Assembly (NCBI GenBank): GCA_040218735.1
Contig: JAVJQW010000041.1
Span: forward strand, 256,001-320,000
Direction: 5' to 3'
DNA: 64,000 nucleotides
Source: Deltaproteobacteria bacterium
GTDB lineage: Bacteria > Myxococcota > Kuafuiibacteriia > Kuafuiibacteriales > Kuafuiibacteriaceae
The position numbers and the translations under genes are program-made. Of the stretch, positions 46,091 through 55,170 are shown piece by piece (the stretch's first letter is position 1; every line of letters begins with the position of its first letter). Under the pieces are notes generated by a model, which ran no database searches, was not told the origin of the DNA, and worked only from the letters and a program-made list of their open reading frames with translations.

Positions 46091-48231
46091 CGGCGCACCT
46101 CCGCCATGCGTTGGTCCGGGTTGGGCCAGCCGCGCGCGCGCGCGGTGGCGTGCGGATACGCGCGGTAGTAGAGGCGCGCGGTGACCACCGGATCTGCGCA
46201 CGTCGTCGCGAAGCGGTGCGCGCTCGTGTGCGAGTGCTGCGGCATGAGGCGGTTGTCACTCGCGACGTCGACCGCGAGGAAGTGCGGCACGGCGCGCCGA
46301 CCGTCGCGGTCCACGTACACCCGCATGAACGCAAAGCCGGGTGCGCCGGCGAGCAGGGCGGCCTCGGAGCCGTCGGTCGGTCGCTCCGATCCGCGGACGC
46401 GGTGTGCGACGTCGCCCGCCGGGAGCGGGGCGTCGAACGTCACGGCGCCGTTCGATGCGACGGTCTCGATCCGTCGCGAGCCGACGACGCTCTCGATCGG
46501 CATGCCGCGCTCGGCGGCGCTGCGCGTACCGCGGCTGAACGTGAGCGGGCCGTCGTAGTCGTAGTGACCGCCGGGGCGCGCGACGACGCGGACGACGTCG
46601 CCGACCTCGGCGCCGGGCCAGCGGTTCCAGTCGCCGGTGCCGTCCTGCGTTGCGAGCGCTCCGCCGAAGTCCGGGATGGCGTCGCCGCCGGTGGCGGCGA
46701 GGGGTGTGGCTCCGCAGTGCGCTTCGACGGCGAGCACGACGCTCCGCATCGCTTCGCCGGTCGGGAGGGCGTGGCCGGCGCCGACGTTTTTCACGGTGAC
46801 CTCCGCGTCGAGCACGTTGCCGTTCACGGTCGAGCTCACGAAGACCGCGGCGGCGAGCTCGAGCATCCGCGCCTCGGGTTGGCGTGGCCCGTACCAGCTG
46901 TGGCGGCGCACTTCGCCGGGCGGTCGTCGCCAGCCGCCCGCGATGCCGATGACGCCGTCGTCGAGCGTCTGCAGGTCCGCGCTGTTCATCCGATCCGCGG
47001 CGGGCGGCATGTGGCACGCCTGGCAGGGCGTGGAGGGGTTCATCGGGCCGGCGCTCCACTCCGAGTAGGTGCTCGCGAAGGGCAGCGCGCCGTCGGGCCA
47101 GCGCGCGGGATCGAGGGCGTCGCCGCTGCGCATCGGGGGGCCTTCGTGTTCGTGGCAGCCCGCGCACAACAGGGCCTCGCGGAAGTGCGCGCGCGGGACG
47201 TTGCCCATCCGAGGGTTCGGGACGTCGAGGCTCGGGCCGAACACCAGCGGGAGGAAGCCGCCGCCGCCGAGGGTCACCGGCGCGGGTTCACTGGGGCGAA
47301 GGATCTTCAGCCGCCCCGCGACGCCCGGCGCCGCGGCGAGGTCGACGTCCTCCACGTGGTGGCACGCGTCGCAGTGCACGCCGTAGTCGTAGGCGAAGCC
47401 GCTCGCGTCGAGGAGGTCACGCCCACCGAGCACGCCGTCCATCGCCGGGGCGTGGCAGTCGGCGCACTCCGCGAAGGCGGTGGCGCTCGTCTCGCAGGGG
47501 GGCTCAGTGCAAGCTGGGTTGACGGCCTGCAGGGCGCCGGTGCCGACGTAACAACGGAAGGCGGCGGCGCCGGTGCCCGGGGCGACGCCTTCGCGCCACA
47601 GCCCGCCCGCCGCGGTGCACGTGGCTTCGGAGTCGAACGTCGCCGCGGTGCCCGCGTAGAAGTCGTGCACGCGCGGGTTCTTCGCCGAGGTCCGGTGCGG
47701 GGACGCGAACCAGTCCTCGTTGAGGGTCAGGTGGCAGTGCGCGCACTGGCCGGTGGTGTCGCGTCGGGTCGGCTCGCCCGGGTCCGCGAACGGGTAGTCG
47801 GGGTTGTCGGAGCGGTCGAAGCGCTCGAGCTCGATCGTCACGCGCCCCACGAGCGCGTCGAGGTGCGCGCCGCGTGTGCGTGCGTCGGGGTGGCTCGCGG
47901 CGACGCCGAGCTGGCCGTGGGCGTCGGGGTCGAGGTCGACGACGACCGTGCCGTCCGGCCCGGTGGTCCACTGACGTTCGGCGCCCCCCTGTTTGACGAT
48001 CGCGCCCTCGATCGGCGCGCCGTCGAGCAGCACGGTGATGACGAGGTCGGTCAAGCCACCGTCGCGGTCACCGCCGTCCGCCTCGCCGGCGTCACGTACG
48101 GTTCCGGCGTCACGTAGGGTTCCGGCGTCGCGCACGCCGACGTCGCGGGTGCCGGCGTCGCGAGGTGGATCGACGAGGTCTTCGCCGTTACACGCGACGC
48201 ACAGCACGAGGAGGGGCGCGAGCCGCTTCAC
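46087..48231 (-). CDS. Multiheme (5x CxxCH) cytochrome c lipoprotein
   Basis: Lipobox CVAC and CAHCH, CADCH, CDACH, CAGCH, CQACH. C-terminal 'V.N.GAGHALPTG'. Confidence 0.88.
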   Translation of the reverse strand: MKRLAPLLVLCVACNGEDLVDPPRDAGTRDVGVRDAGTLRDAGTVRDAGEADGGDRDGGLTDLVITVLLDGAPIEGAIVKQGGAERQWTTGPDGTVVVDLDPDAHGQLGVAASHPDARTRGAHLDALVGRVTIELERFDRSDNPDYPFADPGEPTRRDTTGQCAHCHLTLNEDWFASPHRTSAKNPRVHDFYAGTAATFDSEATCTAAGGLWREGVAPGTGAAAFRCYVGTGALQAVNPACTEPPCETSATAFAECADCHAPAMDGVLGGRDLLDASGFAYDYGVHCDACHHVEDVDLAAAPGVAGRLKILRPSEPAPVTLGGGGFLPLVFGPSLDVPNPRMGNVPRAHFREALLCAGCHEHEGPPMRSGDALDPARWPDGALPFASTYSEWSAGPMNPSTPCQACHMPPAADRMNSADLQTLDDGVIGIAGGWRRPPGEVRRHSWYGPRQPEARMLELAAAVFVSSTVNGNVLDAEVTVKNVGAGHALPTGEAMRSVVLAVEAHCGATPLAATGGDAIPDFGGALATQDGTGDWNRWPGAEVGDVVRVVARPGGHYDYDGPLTFSRGTRSAAERGMPIESVVGSRRIETVASNGAVTFDAPLPAGDVAHRVRGSERPTDGSEAALLAGAPGFAFMRVYVDRDGRRAVPHFLAVDVASDNRLMPQHSHTSAHRFATTCADPVVTARLYYRAYPHATARARGWPNPDQRMAEVRR

Positions 48232-48264
48232 GCCGTTCGTTTCAACATACGTGACTGCGTCTGC

Positions 48265-49860
48265 TCAAGTCGGACCGACGTAGGCGAAAGAGTCGGCTTC
48301 GGACGCCTCGAACGGGCGACGGTACGGTTCCGGGATTTCGTCGCTCAGCAGCTGCCCCGGTTTCAGGCCCACGAAGATCTCCCCGTAGTGCTGTACGGTG
48401 ATCTCGTTCGTACGTCGTTTGATGTGCCAGGGACGGAGCGCGCCCGGGTGCTCCAGTCCGGCCGCGCCGACGACCTCCATCATCGCCTTCACCGTGTCGC
48501 GCTGAAAGCAATGCACGCGGTCGGCCTTGTCCACGACGTCGAGGCCCTTCATCAGCGCCGGGTCCTGCGTCGCGACGCCGGTCGGACAGTGGTTCGAGTT
48601 ACAGCGCAGCGCCTGGATGCACCCGAGCGCGAGCATCATCGCGCGCGCCGAGCAGGTGACATCCGCGCCGATCGCGCAGAGCCTCGCGATGTCGAACCCC
48701 GTGACGACCTTGCCCGTCGCGACGATCTTCACGTCGTCGCGTACACCGAAGCCGACGAGGGTGTTGTGCACGAACACCAGCGCCTCGGGGAGCGGCGAGC
48801 CGATGGAGTTGGAGAACTCGAGGGGGGCCGCGCCGGTGCCGCCTTCGCCGCCGTCGACCGCGATGAAGTCCGGCACGATGCCGGTCTTCTTCATCGCCTT
48901 CACGATCGCCATGAGCTCGTGGCGCTTACCGAGGCAGAGCTTGAACCCGACCGGTTTGCCGCCGCTCGCTTCGCGCAGCGTTTCGATCCACTCGAGGAGC
49001 CCGATCGGCGTCGAGAACGTCCGGTGGCGCGGCGGGGAGAGGACGTCCTGACCCATCGGCACGCCGCGGATGCGCGCAATCTCGGGGGTGATCTTCGCCG
49101 CGGGGAGGATGCCGCCGTGACCCGGCTTGGCGCCCTGCGAGAGCTTCACCTCGATCATCTTCACCGAGGGCTTCGCGGCGTTGTCCGAGAAACAAGCCAG
49201 GTCGAACCCGCCGTCCGCGCCGCGGCAGCCGAAGTAGCCGGTGCCGATCTGCCAGACGAGATCACCGCCGGGGCGGAGGTGATAGTCCGAGAGGCCCCCC
49301 TCGCCGGTGTTGTGATAGAAGCCGCCGCGCTTCGCGCCTTCGTTGAGCGCGAGGATCGCGTTCTTCGACAGCGACCCGTAGCTCATCGCGGAGACGTTGA
49401 GGAGCGCCGCGTCGTACGGGGCCTTGCGCGACGCGCCGAAACGAACCCGCGGCGCCTCGGGCGCGTGATCGACACAGAGCATGCTGTGGTTGATCCACTC
49501 GTAGCCGACGGCGCCGGTGTCGAGCTGCGTTCCGAAGGGCAGCGTCGACAGCTCACCCTTCGCGCGCTGGTAGACGATCGATCGTTGCTCACGTGTCATC
49601 GGGCGCCCGTCGTGGTTCTGCTCGATGAAGTACTGCGAGATCTCCGGGCGGACGGCCTCCAGGAGGTAACGCCCGTGGCCGACGATCGGGAAGTTGCGCA
49701 GGATGGCGTGGTCGCGTTGGAGCACGTCGTAGACGCCGAGGAGCACCAGCGGAACGACCAACGCGTAGGCGAGGTACGCCGGGGGCCACAGCTGCGCGGC
49801 GGCGCCGATCCCGGCGAGCAGCGCGATGGAGATCAGGAAGAAGACGGCGCGTGGGCTCAT
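48265..49860 (-). CDS. FMN-binding glutamate synthase family protein (stand-alone, membrane-anchored)
   Basis: 'SAMSYGSLS', 'NTGEGG', 'IEVKLSQGAKPG.GG', 'DGGEGGTGAAP' and 'CIQALRCNSNHCPTG'. Confidence 0.92.
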   Translation of the reverse strand: MSPRAVFFLISIALLAGIGAAAQLWPPAYLAYALVVPLVLLGVYDVLQRDHAILRNFPIVGHGRYLLEAVRPEISQYFIEQNHDGRPMTREQRSIVYQRAKGELSTLPFGTQLDTGAVGYEWINHSMLCVDHAPEAPRVRFGASRKAPYDAALLNVSAMSYGSLSKNAILALNEGAKRGGFYHNTGEGGLSDYHLRPGGDLVWQIGTGYFGCRGADGGFDLACFSDNAAKPSVKMIEVKLSQGAKPGHGGILPAAKITPEIARIRGVPMGQDVLSPPRHRTFSTPIGLLEWIETLREASGGKPVGFKLCLGKRHELMAIVKAMKKTGIVPDFIAVDGGEGGTGAAPLEFSNSIGSPLPEALVFVHNTLVGFGVRDDVKIVATGKVVTGFDIARLCAIGADVTCSARAMMLALGCIQALRCNSNHCPTGVATQDPALMKGLDVVDKADRVHCFQRDTVKAMMEVVGAAGLEHPGALRPWHIKRRTNEITVQHYGEIFVGLKPGQLLSDEIPEPYRRPFEASEADSFAYVGPT

Positions 49861-49918
49861 GCAGCGCGGATCATCGCCACAATCGATCCGCCGGGCCAGG
49901 GGTCGCGAACGCGCGGGA

Positions 49919-51103
49919 TCAGGCGAGCCAGTCGAGCACCAGCGCGGCCGACCAGGTGAACTGGTCCGCGCCGAGCCCCTCGCCGGTGAGCGGGTGGTAG
50001 TACTCCCGGAAGCCGACGCGGTCCGCCAGCTCCAGCGCACGTTCCTTCAGCGGGAGGGAGACGTGGGGCGCGAGGAGCCAGTCGATGTTGAGCCACGTCG
50101 GACCGCGCCAGTAGCGGCGCGGGTCGAACGCTGGATCGGACGGAGCGGTCGACGGCACGGGGTAGGGCGTGTCGAAGCGCGCCGTCAGACCGGCGTCGAG
50201 GCGCGTACGCCGTTCGGCCGGGAGGTCTTCGAGGATCAGCGGGAGGTAACCGCCGACGACGTCGGCCGTGAGCGCTCCGCCGTTGGCGTCGACGTACTGG
50301 TAGCGCCCGAGCTCGTCGTCCCAGAGGCGCTCGAGCGCCTCCGCGATCCGGGCGGCGCGTGCGGCGGCGTCGGTCTCGATGGACAGCGCGGCACACAGGC
50401 GGGCGAGGTCGTGCTCGGAGCGCGCGAGGCACGCGGTCATCAGCGGATCGTAGACGGCGAACGGTCCCGGGCCGAAGTCGTCCGCCGCGATCGCCTTCAC
50501 GATCACCGCGTAACGTTTGTAGTGGTCGTCGGTCGGGCGTTCGGCGGGGTCGGCGACGTGGTTGACGTCGCGTCGCACGAACGGCGGCGCGTCCGCCGGG
50601 TCGATTCTCGACAGCGGTTCATCCCAGACCGGACAGTTGTCGAGCCCGCTCTCCCAGGGGTGCACGACGGCGACGAGGCCCCACCCGTTCGGGTCGCGCG
50701 CCTTTCGAAAGAACGCGTGCGACGCTTCGATCGCGGGGACGAGCGGGCGCAGATCTTCACCGTCGACGCCGAGCTCGAAGAGGCGCCAGGCCGCCGTGCC
50801 CCACACGGGGGGTTGGGTGATCGAGGAGCTGTCCGTCGTCCCCCAGAACGACGCGTCGGGCCAGTAGCCGGTCGCGTCGGGGTCGAAGAAGATGTGCGGC
50901 ACACGTCCGTCGGGCCACGCCGACCCCATCAGGCGGCGCAGCTCCGCGAGCGCGCGCCCCCGATCGACGTGCGCCCAACCGATCGCCGCGAACGCGGAGT
51001 CCCACGCCCACTGGTGCGGGTAGAGCTTCGGCGAGGGCACGGTGTGCTCGCCGCGATCGTTGTCCTTCAGCACCTGTGCGGCGCGTGTAGCGAGGTCGTT
51101 CAT
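49919..51103 (-). CDS. GH63 glycoside hydrolase (mannosylglycerate/glucosylglycerate hydrolase-like)
   Basis: 'LYPHQWAWDSAF', 'TQPP', 'HPWESGLDN', 'YWRGPTW' and 'FREYY'. Confidence 0.88.
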   Translation of the reverse strand: MNDLATRAAQVLKDNDRGEHTVPSPKLYPHQWAWDSAFAAIGWAHVDRGRALAELRRLMGSAWPDGRVPHIFFDPDATGYWPDASFWGTTDSSSITQPPVWGTAAWRLFELGVDGEDLRPLVPAIEASHAFFRKARDPNGWGLVAVVHPWESGLDNCPVWDEPLSRIDPADAPPFVRRDVNHVADPAERPTDDHYKRYAVIVKAIAADDFGPGPFAVYDPLMTACLARSEHDLARLCAALSIETDAAARAARIAEALERLWDDELGRYQYVDANGGALTADVVGGYLPLILEDLPAERRTRLDAGLTARFDTPYPVPSTAPSDPAFDPRRYWRGPTWLNIDWLLAPHVSLPLKERALELADRVGFREYYHPLTGEGLGADQFTWSAALVLDWLA

Positions 51104-51116
51104 GGGTGGGTCCAGG

Positions 51117-52703
51117 TCACGCGAGCAGGTCGTCGGCGAAGACCACGATCGAGAGGATGACGACGAAGTAGGTGATGAGCACCGCGTAGGTCTTCAGCCA
51201 CTTCTTCTCCTCTTCGACGATGCCGTCGAAGGTCAGCGTATAGCGTCGTTGTTCCTCGCTCGGCGGCGCGGCGAGCGCGCTGGCGGCGAACGCGGCGGCG
51301 GCGGCGACGATCAGGCCGGTGAGGTTCCACCACATCCAGTACAGGCCCGGCGCGAAGATCCACAGGCCGAGGTTGAACGCGACGCCGACGATGACGCCCG
51401 CGATGACGCCGGTCTCGTTGACGCGCTTCGAGAGCACACCGACCAGGAACGACGCGAGGATGGGGCCGTAGAAGGCCGAGCCGATCTTGTTGATGGCCTC
51501 GACGATCGTGCCGGACATCCCGCCGACGAGGAACGCCATGCCTGTGATCGCGGCGCCCCAGATCACGGTCGTGATCCGTCCGACGCGCAGCAGCTCGTCC
51601 GACTTCAACGCGCGGCGCCGCTCGATGAAGTCCTTCATCGTGGACGCCGACAGCGAGTTGAGCGCGGAGTCGAGGCTGGACATCGCGGCCGCGAGGATCG
51701 CCGCGAACAGGACCGCGCGCAGGCCGGTCGGGAGCTTGTGCAAGATGAATTGCGGGACGAGGTAGTCCGGACGCTCCGCGGGGACCACCGACTGCAGCTC
51801 CGGCGAGGCGAGGTACGCCGCGCCCATCGCGATGCCGAGGATGAGGTACAGGACGGTGAGCGGGAAACGCAGGAGCCCGTTGAGGACGAGCGAGCGTTTT
51901 GTGTCGGCGAGCGTCGGCGCGGAGAGCTCGCGCTGCGCCTGGCTCTGGTCGACGCCGTAGTACGAGATGTAGAGGAACAGGCCGCCGACGAGGAACCCCC
52001 AGAACGGGGTCTTCGCGCCGTCGAAGATCCCGGTGCCGGGATCGAACGCACGCCACCGGTCGGGCGGCAGGCTGTCGAACGCCGCGGCGGCGCCGCCGGC
52101 TTCTTCGAAGCCGATCGCGATGCATAGCAACAGGCCGCCCACGAGCACGACCATCTGCACGACGTCGGAGTACACGACGGCCGCCATGCCGCCGATGGTG
52201 TCGTAGATGACGGTGACGACGCCGATGAGCAGGATGGTCGCCCACAGCGGCGTGCCGAGGCAGACCTCGAGGACGATCGCGCTCGCGTAGACCCCGACGC
52301 CCGTCCCGAGGCCGCGACTCAGCAGGAAGACGATGCTCATCATCGAACGAGCGCGCGGACCGTAGCGCAGCTCGAGGTATTCGTAGACGGAGACCAGCTC
52401 GAGGCTGCGGAAGAACGGGATGAGCAGCACCATCACCACGATCATCGCGAGCGGGACGGACAGCTCGTACTGCAGCCACGTCAGGCCGCCGCCCTCGACG
52501 AGCGCGACGAACGCGGGGATGGAGATGAACGAGACCGCCGAGGTCTGCGTCGCCATCGTGGAGATGCCGACGGCCCACCAAGGGAGGTTGCGGCCGCCAA
52601 CGTAGTAGTCGTCGGCGTCCTCTTGGCCTCGCCCGAGATACACGGACAGACCGATCATCCCCGCGAGGTAAACGGTGATGACGATCCAATCGAGGGTGGT
52701 CAC
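51117..52703 (-). CDS. Sodium:solute symporter (SSF)
   Basis: Multiple TMs, 'DYYVGGR.LPWW', 'DQSQAQR.L' and 'AAAMSSLDS.LNS'. Confidence 0.93.
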   Translation of the reverse strand: MTTLDWIVITVYLAGMIGLSVYLGRGQEDADDYYVGGRNLPWWAVGISTMATQTSAVSFISIPAFVALVEGGGLTWLQYELSVPLAMIVVMVLLIPFFRSLELVSVYEYLELRYGPRARSMMSIVFLLSRGLGTGVGVYASAIVLEVCLGTPLWATILLIGVVTVIYDTIGGMAAVVYSDVVQMVVLVGGLLLCIAIGFEEAGGAAAAFDSLPPDRWRAFDPGTGIFDGAKTPFWGFLVGGLFLYISYYGVDQSQAQRELSAPTLADTKRSLVLNGLLRFPLTVLYLILGIAMGAAYLASPELQSVVPAERPDYLVPQFILHKLPTGLRAVLFAAILAAAMSSLDSALNSLSASTMKDFIERRRALKSDELLRVGRITTVIWGAAITGMAFLVGGMSGTIVEAINKIGSAFYGPILASFLVGVLSKRVNETGVIAGVIVGVAFNLGLWIFAPGLYWMWWNLTGLIVAAAAAFAASALAAPPSEEQRRYTLTFDGIVEEEKKWLKTYAVLITYFVVILSIVVFADDLLA

Positions 52704-52810
52704 GGGTCTGTCATGCGTTATCGGGTGCGCAGAGGGACCCGTTGCGTCGCTCCGGGTGGGCCGAACGGCCCACGTGGTAACGCCCCACGGAACGCGGCAG
52801 GATCGGGGCG

Positions 52811-53647
52811 ATGCGTAGCTTGGCTTGGCTGGTGCTGCTCGTGCCGAACGTCGCGCTCGCCGGAGCGTCCGTCTGGATCCCCGTTCGCGCGGCGAGCGTG
52901 AAGGCGGGGCAGCCGATCACGCCGGACGTCGACGACGGGAAGTACGGCGCCGAGAACGCCATCGACGGCGACCCGTCAACGACCTTCGTCGTCGAGAAGG
53001 GACGTGTCCTCCGCATCGAGCTGGGCGGGACACCGCGGCTCCACTACGTCGAGCTGGTGCCGGGGTACGCGAAGAACGACAAGGTGTGGCGCAGGAATCG
53101 CCGCGTCACGAAGGTCCGCGCACGGACTCTTCTGAAGGGGGAAGCGCGGCCGTGGAACACGGCCGAGATCGACCCGCCCGACGAACGCCCGAAGTCGCTG
53201 GCGTGGCTCGGCGTCGCTCTCGGGCGTGAAGTGCGGGCCGATGCGATCGAGATCGAGGTGCTCGATTCGGAGGCGTCGAAGGTGAAGGGGCGCTCCGACG
53301 ACATCTGTATTTCGCACGTCCGTTTGCTGACCTTCGACGACGAGGCTCCCGCGCGCGGCCGCTTCGTCTACGACGATCGCCGATCGCCGGATCGCATGGA
53401 GCTCCCGTTCGAGCGCTTCGAGATCGAAGGGGGCCGGTGCTTCGGACACGAGCACGACAACACCGGCGGCGCGCTGACGAAGTTCGTCGGGTCGTGCACG
53501 GTGTCGAAGGGGCGGATGACGATGAAGGGGGAGCTCGAGATCCGAGAGCCGGAGGAGGTCTCGAAGGAGCCCTTCACCGGGACGTTCTCGTTCCGTCGGA
53601 TCAACGCGCGCCTCGTCCAGGTGGATGGCCACTTCTTCCGTCGCTGA
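52811..53647 (+). CDS. Secreted protein with discoidin-like / glycan-binding domain
   Basis: Signal peptide, 'YGAENAIDGDPST', 'GYAK....W..N.RV' and 'CISHV'. Confidence 0.65.
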   Translation: MRSLAWLVLLVPNVALAGASVWIPVRAASVKAGQPITPDVDDGKYGAENAIDGDPSTTFVVEKGRVLRIELGGTPRLHYVELVPGYAKNDKVWRRNRRVTKVRARTLLKGEARPWNTAEIDPPDERPKSLAWLGVALGREVRADAIEIEVLDSEASKVKGRSDDICISHVRLLTFDDEAPARGRFVYDDRRSPDRMELPFERFEIEGGRCFGHEHDNTGGALTKFVGSCTVSKGRMTMKGELEIREPEEVSKEPFTGTFSFRRINARLVQVDGHFFRR

Positions 53648-53717
53648 ATTCCACGCTGCTCTCACAAAGTTCGCGACCGCGTAGATCGTCGAGCCCGCCC
53701 GCGCGTTCCGTGACGGC

Positions 53718-54197
53718 ATGATTTCCACGCTGCTCATCGCCACGACGTTCGTGTGTTTCTCAGGCGCGGAGGTGTCCGCGTCCGACGATCCCGGCGCGGT
53801 CGTCGCGCTCACCGACCGCCTCGCCGAGATACCGCGTTACGGCGCCGAGGCCGTCAGCTACGACGGCCACATGCCCGAGGCCTTTCGGCTGTTCCTGGAG
53901 CTCGAGGCGTCCGCTACGGACATCGAGCTCGAGCAGCTGCTCCAGCACCGAAGCCCGGTGGTCCGTGCGTACGCGGTCCAGGGGCTCGCCCGCCGAGGTC
54001 GCTCGGGTGACGAGCTGCTCGCGTCGCTCGGTGGCCCGGAGGCGCACGTCGAGACGCAGATCGGCTGCCTCGGAAGATCGATGACCGTCCGCGAGCTCGC
54101 GGAGCACATCGTCGACTGGGAGCAGGCCCGCGCCAAACTCGACGCGGCACGACCCGACGCGGCACGACCCGACGCGGGGAGCGCTCCGGAGCGCTAA
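53718..54197 (+). CDS. Exported hypothetical protein with a HEAT-like repeat
   Basis: Signal peptide and 'LLQHRSPVVRAYAVQGL'. A 15-nt duplication at 54141-54170 encodes DAARP twice. Confidence 0.6.
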   Translation: MISTLLIATTFVCFSGAEVSASDDPGAVVALTDRLAEIPRYGAEAVSYDGHMPEAFRLFLELEASATDIELEQLLQHRSPVVRAYAVQGLARRGRSGDELLASLGGPEAHVETQIGCLGRSMTVRELAEHIVDWEQARAKLDAARPDAARPDAGSAPER

Positions 54198-55135
54198 CGC
54201 GTCGCCGGGGCCGCCTCGGTGGCCGCCCGCTCCAGCGGGAGGAGCGCCGCGTAGACGACGTCGTTGACGGGCGTCGCCACCCCCGCCGCGCGGCCGAGGC
54301 GAACGACGGCGCCGGTCCACGCGTCGAGCTCCGACCGCCGACCGGCCGCGATGTCACGCTGGAGCGACGACGTCCCCTCGTACGGCAAAGCGTCCACGAA
54401 CTGCATCGCGCGCTCGGCGGCGCTCGCGTCGAGGTCGACGCCGCGCGCGCGCGCGACTTCGACGATCTCCAGCATCGCGGCGTGCATCGTGCGGCGCGTC
54501 GGCTCCACGTCGCGGAACGCGCCGATCGGAACGCGACACATCGCGCCGACCCCGCCCACGGAGGCGACGAACACGAGTTTGTCCCAGACGAGGGACTCGA
54601 TCGCGTCGGAGAGGCGCGCCGCGACGCCGGCGTTCTTCAGCGCCGCCTTCAGCGCTTCGCCGCGCGGTCGAATCGTCCCGTCGAGCTCACCGAACCCGAT
54701 CCACGGCGTCGAGCCGACGTGAACGATCGTCCCGGGCGCTCCGAGGTGGCTGATGATCTTGCAGGTCCCTCCGAGGACGCGCTCGGCGCCGATACGCTCC
54801 GCGGTGCGGGCGGCGGCCTCCACGCCGTTCAGGAGCGGGACGACGCAAGTGTCCTCGCCGAGCAGCGGCTCGATCTGCGCGAGCGCGTCGTCGAGCTGCC
54901 ACGTCTTCACCGCGAGGAGCACGACGTCGACCGGGCCGATCGCCTTCGGATCGTCGTGCGCCTCCACGGATGTGAGGTGCAGCTCCCCGAGCGGGCTCTC
55001 GATGCGCAGGCCCGTGGTGCGGAGCGCTTCGAGGTGTGCGCCGCGCGCGACGAACGCGACGTCCTCCCCGGCGTCCTGGAGTCGCCCGCCGAAGTAACCA
55101 CCGACGCCTCCGGCGCCAAAGATCGCGAATCGCAT
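54194..55135 (-). CDS. panE: 2-dehydropantoate 2-reductase
   Basis: GAGGVGG, 'AVK', 'LLNG', 'WDKL' and 'SSLQRD...GR.SE'. Confidence 0.9.
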   Translation of the reverse strand: MRFAIFGAGGVGGYFGGRLQDAGEDVAFVARGAHLEALRTTGLRIESPLGELHLTSVEAHDDPKAIGPVDVVLLAVKTWQLDDALAQIEPLLGEDTCVVPLLNGVEAAARTAERIGAERVLGGTCKIISHLGAPGTIVHVGSTPWIGFGELDGTIRPRGEALKAALKNAGVAARLSDAIESLVWDKLVFVASVGGVGAMCRVPIGAFRDVEPTRRTMHAAMLEIVEVARARGVDLDASAAERAMQFVDALPYEGTSSLQRDIAAGRRSELDAWTGAVVRLGRAAGVATPVNDVVYAALLPLERAATEAAPATR

Positions 55136-55170
55136 CCCGCCCGCGAGTGTAGCTGCCTTCGACCGAGTTT

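Noticed and set aside
48265-49860. Truncated gltB pseudogene
   Set aside because: It matches the known stand-alone FMN-binding glutamate synthase family, with an intact ORF and N-terminal TM.
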